Assembly: GCA_039591655.1 (NCBI GenBank)
Contig: JBDHDE010000013.1
Span: 1 to 56,270, forward strand
Origin: Gemmatimonadota bacterium
Lineage (GTDB): Bacteria > Gemmatimonadota > Gemmatimonadetes > Gemmatimonadales > GWC2-71-9
DNA: 56,270 nucleotides
Direction of reading: 5' to 3'
Position 1 is the stretch's first letter. Each line of letters begins with the position of its first letter. Both the position numbers and the translations under genes were made by a program. Below are positions 1 through 6,840 of this stretch, one piece after another. The notes below the pieces were generated by a model. That model saw only the letters and a list, made by a program, of their open reading frames with translations, was not told the origin of the DNA and did no database searches.

Positions 1-2
1 AC

Positions 3-488
3 TACCAGGACAGCGAGTGGGACGCCCTCAGGCTCATGTCCACCATCCAGCTGTCGGCGGGCACCTACACGAACATGGGGCCGCGGCTCGACGGCGGGGG
101 TGACTGCGACGTCACAGACCCGATGAACTGGGGCGATCCGTTGAACGCCGGCACGCCGTGCGCGGACTACTTCCCCATCATCTACGTGAACGGCGACGCG
201 CACCTGAGCACGGGGGTCGGGCAGGGGCTGCTGCTGGTGAACGGGGACCTCGAGGTCCAGGGGAACTTCGAGTTCTACGGCATCGTGGTGGCCCGGGAAG
301 AGTTCGAGATCGCCGGCAACGGCAACAAGTTCAGCGGCGGCGTGCTGGCGGCCAACGTCGACCTGGACGACAACAGCCTCATCGGGACCGCCGACCTGGT
401 GTTCTCGAGCTGCGCCGTAGCCCGGGCCCAGGCTGCGGGCGCGGCAGGGAGCCCGCTGCGCTCCCGCGGCTGGGTCCAGCTGTTCTAG
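3..488 (+). CDS. 5'-truncated C-terminal part of a PilX-like/pilus-associated protein
   Basis: Frame is open from position 3 to the stop at 488. Short repeats of the IYVNGD/LLVNGDL/FYGIVV type resemble C-termini of PilX-like proteins. Family recognised by resemblance only. Confidence 0.45.
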   Translation, partial: YQDSEWDALRLMSTIQLSAGTYTNMGPRLDGGGDCDVTDPMNWGDPLNAGTPCADYFPIIYVNGDAHLSTGVGQGLLLVNGDLEVQGNFEFYGIVVAREEFEIAGNGNKFSGGVLAANVDLDDNSLIGTADLVFSSCAVARAQAAGAAGSPLRSRGWVQLF

Positions 489-520
489 CTTGAGAGCCCC
501 CTCCGAGCAGACCGCCAACA

Positions 521-564
521 AGACGGGCCGTCGCGGGATTCACCCGGCGGTCCGTCTCCTGTTT
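521..564 (+). terminator. Probable intrinsic terminator hairpin
   Basis: AGACGGGCCGTC..GGG pairs with CCCGGCGGTCCGTCT, followed by CCTGTTT, ~30 nt after the stop. Confidence 0.5.
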
Positions 565-680
565 CCCCCACACGGAGCTGATTGCGGGCGAAACCCGCAC
601 CCGAAAGTCACCCGAAGCTGGGTTGTCCCCCGCCCCGGTTCTCCCAAGCTTTAGGATCGACCGCGACAGCGAGTTGAGTC

Positions 681-1064
681 ATGGCGCGGATTCTAGTCAT
701 AGATGACGATGAGGTCAGCCGGATCGCTACCGGCGCCGCCATTGAAGCCCAGGGACACGAGGTGGGCTACGCCGCCGATGGGGAGATCGGGATCACGCTC
801 TACGGGCGCTCCCCCTATGACGTGGTCATCGTCGACCTTGCGATGCCGAAGATGAACGGGGTCCTGGTCATCAAGGAGCTGCGCAAGATCGACCCGGCGG
901 CACGGATCATCGCCGTCTCCGGCGTGGCCCCCGAGCAGCTCGAGTTGGCCCAGCAGGCCGGGGCGCTCGGGTCCCTCACCAAGCCGGTGGACCCCACCCA
1001 GCTGCAGCAGATGCTGGACGGGGCGCTGCGCCGGTCCATGGGCTGGGAGGGCGTGAGCGACTGA
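681..1064 (+). CDS. Single-domain response regulator (CheY-like REC)
   Basis: ILVIDDD, VVIVDLAMPKMNG (phospho-Asp), IIAVS and LTKP motifs; 127 aa. Confidence 0.92.
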   Translation: MARILVIDDDEVSRIATGAAIEAQGHEVGYAADGEIGITLYGRSPYDVVIVDLAMPKMNGVLVIKELRKIDPAARIIAVSGVAPEQLELAQQAGALGSLTKPVDPTQLQQMLDGALRRSMGWEGVSD

Positions 1065-1174
1065 CCAGTCGCGCTCCTGCGGGGGCGCCGTTGGGAAAGC
1101 GACCACCACATGGCCGGGAAGCGGCCCGCCGCAACTCAACGGCCCGGCGGCGCCGTCACCCTGCTCCTCGCGGC

Positions 1175-1203
1175 TCGCAATCCTCCCATTTCCCTATTAG
1201 CAT
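1175..1203 (+). promoter_or_regulatory. Candidate sigma70 promoter for tRNA-Gln
   Basis: TCGCAA-17 nt-TAGCAT, ~30 nt upstream of the tRNA. Confidence 0.35.
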
Positions 1204-1233
1204 GCCCGGAGCCAGGGCGGCATCTCCGCTCGC

Positions 1234-1304
1234 TGGCCCCTCGTCCAACGGTAGGACGCCGGACTTTGGATCCGGAAATGATGGTTCGAGTCCATCGGGG
1301 CCAA
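1234..1304 (+). tRNA. tRNA-Gln (anticodon TTG), CCA not encoded
   Basis: Acceptor stem TGGCCCC/GGGGCCA, D arm GTCC/GGAC, anticodon arm CCGGA-CT TTG GA-TCCGG, T arm GATGG-TTCGAGT-CCATC. U1-A72 pair is typical of tRNA-Gln. Confidence 0.96.
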
Positions 1305-1349
1305 CTCGGCAGAACCCCCGAAACTCCTCGAAGACCTCCTGACCACCCC

Positions 1350-1393
1350 TTGCCATAGTACACAAATATCTGTAATTTCAGTAGTAACAGAAA
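1350..1393 (+). promoter_or_regulatory. Sigma70 promoter overlapped by a probable GbsR/MarR operator
   Basis: TTGCCA(1350)-17 nt-TAATTT(1373). Imperfect palindrome TTTCAGT-AGTA-ACAGAAA at 1376-1393 in a locally AT-rich patch. Confidence 0.6.
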
Positions 1394-1406
1394 CAACAGG
1401 AATCTC

Positions 1407-1940
1407 ATGTTGAACCTGACACCGGCGGCCGAACGCTTCATCCTGCACTGGGGCGAAATGGGCTCTCGGTGGGGTGTTAACCGCACCGTTGCCCAGATCC
1501 ACGCCCTTCTCTACATCGCCCCACAACCTCTCGACGCCGAACAGATCGCCAGCACGCTCTCGGTGGCTCGCTCGAACGTGAGCACGTCATTGAGGGAGTT
1601 GCAGGCGTGGGGGCTGGTGAAGGTAGTCCACACCCTGGGGGGCCGGCGGGACTACTTCGAGGGCATTAGGGATGTATGGCAAATCTTCCGGGCAATCGTG
1701 GCTGAACGATTCCAGCGAGAGATCGAGCCGACGTTGGGTGTCCTCGCTGAGTGCGTAACCGACGCCGAGCGCAGGAAGGAGGATGATCCCGACACCTGGA
1801 CGCGCTTGGGCCAGCTCCACGACTTCTTCAAGACGCTGGATTCCTGGCGCAGGCAACTTCTGGAACTGTCGCCCCGCGAGATCAAGCGGGCGTCAACGAT
1901 TGGGAGCAAGGTGAAGAACCTGCTCAGGACTGGGTCGTGA
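1407..1940 (+). CDS. GbsR/MarR-family (COG1510-like) transcriptional regulator
   Basis: FILHWGEMGSRWGVNRTVAQIHALL and SVARSNVSTSLRELQAWGLV winged HTH. Confidence 0.88.
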   Translation: MLNLTPAAERFILHWGEMGSRWGVNRTVAQIHALLYIAPQPLDAEQIASTLSVARSNVSTSLRELQAWGLVKVVHTLGGRRDYFEGIRDVWQIFRAIVAERFQREIEPTLGVLAECVTDAERRKEDDPDTWTRLGQLHDFFKTLDSWRRQLLELSPREIKRASTIGSKVKNLLRTGS

Positions 1941-2578
1941 GGACTATTCGGAGCGTGCTTCTCGCAGCGGTGCCATTGCTGATTCTCGCCGTCACCCTGG
2001 TCTGGTTCGTGTATCGTCCCTGGGCACTGAACTGGGGTTCCACCGACGATGAGATTACTCGTGCGATGCCCGGGGATAGCCTACTTGGAGACCCGACGTT
2101 CAGCGCCACTCGAGCGGTTACCATCAACTCCAGGCCGGAGCACGTCTGGCCCTGGGTTGTCCAGATCGGCTATCGAAGAGCCGGTTTCTACAGCTACGAT
2201 AGACTGGACAACGACGGTATCCCCAGTGCCGAGCGCGTCATCCCGGAATACCAGGACCTGCAGGTCGGGGACTCCGTTCCTCTGAGCAAGCACTCCTACG
2301 TCAGGGTAGCGGCACTCGAGCCCAACCGCTCGATGTTGCTCGTGTTTGAAACCACCGGTGACTGGGCGGAGGCCACTTGGGCGTGGGGGATCTACCCGGA
2401 CGGCGCTCGACAGACACGCCTGGTGACGAGGTTACGAGTGCAACCGCCGACCGTGCGGGCACGGATGATGTTGGACCTTTTCGAGATCGTGATGATGCGG
2501 AAGTGTATGCTTGGAATCAAGCGACGGGCCGAGACCCTGGCTCACGCTCGGGGGAGCGAGAGCGCCATGGGGCGGTGA
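1937..2578 (+). CDS. Membrane-anchored SRPBCC/START-like hypothetical protein
   Basis: N-terminal TM; WGSTDDE..MPGD, TRAVTI..PEHVWPWVVQIG..RAGFYSYD and MMRKCMLGIKRRAE motifs; GTGA overlap with the regulator. Confidence 0.7.
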   Translation: MRTIRSVLLAAVPLLILAVTLVWFVYRPWALNWGSTDDEITRAMPGDSLLGDPTFSATRAVTINSRPEHVWPWVVQIGYRRAGFYSYDRLDNDGIPSAERVIPEYQDLQVGDSVPLSKHSYVRVAALEPNRSMLLVFETTGDWAEATWAWGIYPDGARQTRLVTRLRVQPPTVRARMMLDLFEIVMMRKCMLGIKRRAETLAHARGSESAMGR

Positions 2579-2593
2579 TCCCCGAGGGACTAC

Positions 2594-2650
2594 CCGCTGC
2601 AGTGGAGCCCAGCCTCTTTGGTGAGCGGCTGGGCTCCTTGGCTCCAGCGG
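2594..2650 (-). repeat. Conserved 3' hairpin element, copy A
   Basis: GGAGCCCAGCC...GGCTGGGCTCC stem (2604-2637) with outer CCGCTG/CAGCGG; similar to 4012-4057 and 13660-13713. Confidence 0.7.
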
Positions 2651-2665
2651 ATGCTGGATCAAGCG

Positions 2666-3826
2666 TCACTGACCAGCTTGGGGGGTCCACAACATGGCCC
2701 GCTCTACTCCTTTGGCCATGATCCACCCGACGATCCGGCCTTCGCGGTTGACCTCAAGAGCGTAGCCGGGTTTGCCGGTCAGCAAGGTGGCCGCGCCGCT
2801 CACCACGTCCCAGTGTACCGGCTGGCCCTTGCCTGCCGACATTCCAACGGCTTCCCCGTTGACGGAAACATCGTGGGCATCGGCGCTGGGAACCTCCTGG
2901 AGCACGGTGATCGCACAGTCCGTCGGGTTCACCTCCCAGATGACCGCATCGCGCCAGCCCCCTGCCACAAGGATCTTCCCGTCAGCCGTCACATCCGAAA
3001 TGCCGATTGCGATGCTCTTGCTGTCCTCTCCCCAGCCGGCCGCCTCGTGCAGATCGCAATAACTGCCGTCGGGCCGCCACAGCATCGCGTGCCAAGGCGG
3101 GCCGTTCGGGTACGCCGTCGTCCCGAAGCCCACCACGTACCCCTGGCTGTTGATCGCCTTGCCGTCGCTGTGGGCGTAGGGAGACGGATCCCATGATAGA
3201 AGCTCCGCGACCACGGCGCCGGTCGTCGCGTCCCAGAGAGTGGCCTTGGAATCTCCAGAGTGCCACGTCGTCCCGACGATGGTTCCGGCGTTGACGTCTC
3301 TGGCCCAGCCGGCAACCTCGTACCCTGGCAGTAGTTCCGTTGCCCAGCCATCGCCCGACCGCGTCCACATGACCGGGATCTCATCCGTGATATGGCCGAG
3401 AACATCCACACCGCTGCCGCCAACCCCGACGATGACGCTGCCGTCGTCGTTGATGCCAATGGCGGCAGATACTGCGAATCCGTCGCCCAGCGGCAGCTCA
3501 CTGGACGCGACCACATCGGTTCCGCTGACTGTCCACACTGCCGCGACCGGATCGCCGTTTGCCATCTGGCTCACGCCCGCGATGAGGATGCTTCCGTCCC
3601 CTAGTGGCTCCGTGAGATCGCGAGCCTTGCTGGTGACTTTCGTTTCACCCAGCGTGGTGGGTATGTACTCTCCGCCGCCACCACCCCCTCCATCCTTGCA
3701 CGACGGGTGGTCACTTGGGCAGGTGGGCTTGGCGAACTGCGGACCGTCCGTCGGGACAGTCGGACCGTCTTCCTGGCACGCCGCTATCACGAAGGCCAGG
3801 ATCAGCAACGGAATGATTCGCTTCAT
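2666..3826 (-). CDS. Lipoprotein with HAF-like extracellular repeats (probable beta-propeller), paralog 1
   Basis: True start is the ATG at 3826 with a GGAG RBS. Signal MKRIIPLLILAFVIAA-C. Repeats of A-x-x-I/V-N-x-x-G-x-I/V-V-G ... A-x-L-W. Confidence 0.8.
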   Translation of the reverse strand: MKRIIPLLILAFVIAACQEDGPTVPTDGPQFAKPTCPSDHPSCKDGGGGGGGEYIPTTLGETKVTSKARDLTEPLGDGSILIAGVSQMANGDPVAAVWTVSGTDVVASSELPLGDGFAVSAAIGINDDGSVIVGVGGSGVDVLGHITDEIPVMWTRSGDGWATELLPGYEVAGWARDVNAGTIVGTTWHSGDSKATLWDATTGAVVAELLSWDPSPYAHSDGKAINSQGYVVGFGTTAYPNGPPWHAMLWRPDGSYCDLHEAAGWGEDSKSIAIGISDVTADGKILVAGGWRDAVIWEVNPTDCAITVLQEVPSADAHDVSVNGEAVGMSAGKGQPVHWDVVSGAATLLTGKPGYALEVNREGRIVGWIMAKGVERAMLWTPQAGQ

Positions 3827-3937
3827 TAGTATGCCGCTCCTTTTGCGAGCAGGCGCTTCGACACCGGGAGTTACTGGGCTCGACCAGATGCTACCGCGGT
3901 GCCCGTCGCCGGCTCTGACTAGCGCTTCCATTCTGTC

Positions 3938-3966
3938 TGTCGCGCGAGACGGCTCCACGTGACACC
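3938..3966 (-). promoter_or_regulatory. Putative ECF-sigma promoter GGTGTCACG-N15-CGACA, copy 1
   Basis: Minus strand reads GGTGTCACG TGGAGCCGTCTCGCG CGACA, 112 nt upstream of ATG 3826. Confidence 0.75.
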
Positions 3967-4011
3967 CGACTCGGGACGACCGCCCCCGACGTCCCGAGAG
4001 GGCCCACCGAT

Positions 4012-4057
4012 GCAGCGGAGCCCAGCCTCTCTGTGAGAGACCGGGCTCGATGGCTGC
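4012..4057 (-). repeat. Conserved 3' hairpin element, copy B
   Basis: GAGCCCAGCCTCTC-TGT-GAGAGACCGGGCTC stem with outer GCAGC/GCTGC. Confidence 0.7.
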
Positions 4058-4079
4058 CGCGAAAGCGTTGATCGGTGCG

Positions 4080-5261
4080 CTACGGCGCAGTCGTCGGGAC
4101 CCACAAGACGGCGCGCCGCAGGCCCTTGTCCACTCTGTAGCCGGCGATATCCCCCTCGCCGTTCACCACGAATGCCCTGCCCTCCCGGTCGGTCAGCAAC
4201 TCGCTCTCGCCGGCCGAGGTCCACAGCGCCGCCTGTCCGCCGTGGTTGGTGTCGTCCGCCCCGACGGCCTCCCAGCCGGACCCGAGACTTCGCACATCCC
4301 TGGCCACGCCGGCCCAGATGTCGACTACCTCGAGAGTGAACTCGCAGTTGGTCAGGTCAACCGTCCAGATTGTCGGCCGCATTTCCGGCAGCGTGATCCC
4401 CGCGGCCAGAACCGTGGGTGCACCGCCCACCATAAGCACATCGTCCACGCGATAGACGTAGCTCTCCGCCTGGCCGTCCGGGTGAAGATCGCAGTACTCG
4501 CCGGTGGGCCCCCACAACACCGCCCTGGTGGAACGTTCCACGTTCGGGTCCCTGACCACACCCACGACCCAACCCTGGTTGTTCAGACCCCGGGCCGCGC
4601 TGACGAAGCCCGTGGGTGTGGGGAGCAAACCCAGCTCCGCCGTCGGCGAGGACCATACCGCGGCGGCCGTATACCCGCCGCCCTCCACCGTCCCGACGAT
4701 CTTGCCGTCATTGTTGACGTCTCTGGCCCGGCCGATGACGTAGGTACCCAGATCCAGACGGTGCCCCATGCTCCAGTCACTACCGCTGCGGAGCCATGCG
4801 ACGGGCGGGAAGATCGTGCCGTCCTCCCTACCTACGATGATGTCACCGGCGTCGTTGATTCCCAGCGCCCTGCCGAGGTTCCGGTCCTCAGTTAACAGGT
4901 GCACCGGTTCCACATCACCGATATCGTTCAGTGTCCCCGTCCAAACAACGGCGAAGTCTCCGCCGCCGAGCGGCAGATCGAGCCAGCCCACCACCCGCAG
5001 CACGCCTCCGTCCGGCTCACTCACATCGTAGGCGATGTCATCGCTCTTGTCGCTCTTCCTGTGGCGGATGGAGCGCAGATCGATGGTCGTGTACTGCCCG
5101 CCGTCGCCATTGCCGCCGTCCCGGCATTCGGGCCACGGCTCGCACTTCTCAGGCTTGAGGAGAGGCCCCGCTACGTCTCCGGCCGGGTTGCCCCTCTCGC
5201 AACCCCACAAGACGAGCGCCGTCGGGACGGCCAGCATCAGAAATGGAATGATACGCTTCAT
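4080..5261 (-). CDS. Lipoprotein with HAF-like extracellular repeats, paralog 2
   Basis: Signal MKRIIPFLMLAVPTALVLWG-C. Same repeats and YCDLH motif as 2666-3826. Confidence 0.8.
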   Translation of the reverse strand: MKRIIPFLMLAVPTALVLWGCERGNPAGDVAGPLLKPEKCEPWPECRDGGNGDGGQYTTIDLRSIRHRKSDKSDDIAYDVSEPDGGVLRVVGWLDLPLGGGDFAVVWTGTLNDIGDVEPVHLLTEDRNLGRALGINDAGDIIVGREDGTIFPPVAWLRSGSDWSMGHRLDLGTYVIGRARDVNNDGKIVGTVEGGGYTAAAVWSSPTAELGLLPTPTGFVSAARGLNNQGWVVGVVRDPNVERSTRAVLWGPTGEYCDLHPDGQAESYVYRVDDVLMVGGAPTVLAAGITLPEMRPTIWTVDLTNCEFTLEVVDIWAGVARDVRSLGSGWEAVGADDTNHGGQAALWTSAGESELLTDREGRAFVVNGEGDIAGYRVDKGLRRAVLWVPTTAP

Positions 5262-5388
5262 TGGAACCTCACTGTTCGCGGTGGGAAGTCATCGCCCCTT
5301 GAACGGATTCGGCCCGGACTCAGACTCCCACAGCCGCTCCTACCCAGCCCGTGGATCCGGCCGCCGACTCGCGTCCGCTCATCCCTTT

Positions 5389-5417
5389 TGTCGGGCGAGG
5401 CGGTGGAGCGTGACACC
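5389..5417 (-). promoter_or_regulatory. Putative ECF-sigma promoter GGTGTCACG-N15-CGACA, copy 2
   Basis: Minus strand reads GGTGTCACG CTCCACCGCCTCGCC CGACA, 128 nt upstream of ATG 5261. Confidence 0.75.
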
Positions 5418-5609
5418 AACACCGACCGTTTCACTCCAGTAAGCACCGGCAAGGTGGCGAGAAACGCTCTTCCCTTGGCTTCTGGGAGGTTGCGCTCCTC
5501 CCTCGCGGGGGGGAGCTTTCAACCGGCGGCCCGATCGTTGCAGCTCACGTTCGCAAGGTCGGGATAGCGGGCGATCTTCCCGCGCTCCGCGTGCCAGACG
5601 GGAGCTGGT

Positions 5610-6158
5610 GTGGGTTCTCCTGAGGGGGAGCCCGGGCTGGAGGTACTCGAGCGGCTGCGGCTCGGGCTCCAGATCATGGCGCTGCGCGCCCTGCGGGACC
5701 CGGATGCCGCCGAGGAGGCGGTCCAGGAGACGCTGGTCCGCGCCGTGGAGGCCCTGCGGGACGGCCGACCCGGGAACCCGGAGAAGCTAGGCGCCTTCGT
5801 CCGGGGCATCGCCCGTCACGTCATCGCCGACGTCCATCGCACCCACCAGCGCACCACCCACCTGCAGGACACGCCCCAGGCGATGCACCCCACCAGCGGC
5901 GACGATCCCCTCGCCGCACTCATCACCGCGGAAGAACGGGACCACGTCCGTGCCGCGTTGACGCAACTGTCGGCCGGCGACCGCGAGATCCTGCAACTGT
6001 CGTTCTTCGAGGGACTCACACCTGTGGAGATCGCCGAGCGGCTGGGGGAGCCGCCGCTCCGGATCAGGAAGCGGAAATCCCGCGCCCTGAATCGGGTGCG
6101 CCGGGCGCTGCTGCGTGGAAGACAGGTGTCACGAAACGAGGTCGTCCACGACAGGTAA
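5610..6158 (+). CDS. ECF-type RNA polymerase sigma factor
   Basis: Region 2 DAAEEAVQETL..LGAFVRGIARHVIADVHR; region 4 LTQLSAGDREILQLSFFEGLTPVEIAERLG. 182 aa; GTG start is approximate. Confidence 0.9.
   Translation: MGSPEGEPGLEVLERLRLGLQIMALRALRDPDAAEEAVQETLVRAVEALRDGRPGNPEKLGAFVRGIARHVIADVHRTHQRTTHLQDTPQAMHPTSGDDPLAALITAEERDHVRAALTQLSAGDREILQLSFFEGLTPVEIAERLGEPPLRIRKRKSRALNRVRRALLRGRQVSRNEVVHDR
6125..6153 (+). promoter_or_regulatory. Putative ECF-sigma promoter GGTGTCACG-N15-CGACA, copy 3, inside the sigma gene 3' end
   Basis: GGTGTCACG AAACGAGGTCGTCCA CGACA, followed 5 nt later by ATG 6159. Confidence 0.75.
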
Positions 6159-6827
6159 ATGAGTAAGGGACAACCCGACCGCCCAGGTCCGGAGGTGAGT
6201 TTGGGCAAGACGTTGAGCTGCAACGCGATTGTGGACGAGGGGCTTGTCGAGCGCTACCTGGCCAGGACGCTCTCTGAGGCCGAAGTCGACGCCCTGGAGT
6301 CCCACTACCTCACCTGCGCTCGCTGCCAGACCGACCTGCGGCTGGGGGCGGCGATTCGGGCCGTGCTTCCCGAAGTACAGCAGGCGTTGCGGAACGCCAA
6401 TCAGGAATCCGTCGCACGGCCACGGCTTGGCCGGCGGGTGCGGATCGGCGCCGTGGCCGGGGCGCTCGCCGCCGTCCTGGCCGGGATTCTGCTGGTGCGG
6501 CCGGCCGATCTGGAGAGCCCGCAGCACCGGCAGATAGACTCCGAGACAGAGATCATTCCCAGCGCCGAGACACCCGTCGGCGACGTCGCGACCCTCGAGG
6601 AGTTCCGCTGGACCCCCGTCATCTCCGCCGACCTCTACGAGGTCACGCTCTATGACTCGGCGGGCGGCGCCCTCTGGCAGGCGGAGTCCCGGGAGACGCA
6701 TGCCGCCCTCCCCGACTCGGTGCGGCTCGAGGCCGACGTCCTCTATCTCTGGCAGGTGAACGCCCGAGTGGGCTGGGATCGGTGGGTGGCCTCGGAGCTC
6801 GTACGGTTCAGAATCGCCGCACGGTGA
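6159..6827 (+). CDS. zf-HC2 (ZAS) anti-sigma factor with one TM and an extracytoplasmic beta-rich domain
   Basis: ESHYLTCARC (HxxxCxxC); TM IGAVAGALAAVLAGILLV; C-terminal FRWTPV..YEVTLYD..YLWQV. Directly follows the ECF sigma gene. Confidence 0.85.
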   Translation: MSKGQPDRPGPEVSLGKTLSCNAIVDEGLVERYLARTLSEAEVDALESHYLTCARCQTDLRLGAAIRAVLPEVQQALRNANQESVARPRLGRRVRIGAVAGALAAVLAGILLVRPADLESPQHRQIDSETEIIPSAETPVGDVATLEEFRWTPVISADLYEVTLYDSAGGALWQAESRETHAALPDSVRLEADVLYLWQVNARVGWDRWVASELVRFRIAAR

Positions 6828-6840
6828 TCGGCACCCGGCC

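Noticed and set aside
575..625. c-di-GMP-I riboswitch suggested by GCGGGC-GAAA-CCCGC upstream of the response regulator
   Set aside because: The GCAAA junction motifs and second-stem consensus are missing; a single GNRA hairpin is not enough.
1281..1304. attL/attR duplication of the tRNA 3' end and an integrase
   Set aside because: No repeat of GGTTCGAGTCCATCGGGGCCA was found by eye, and there is no recombinase or transposase ORF. CTCGAGTCCC at 16141 is too short a match.
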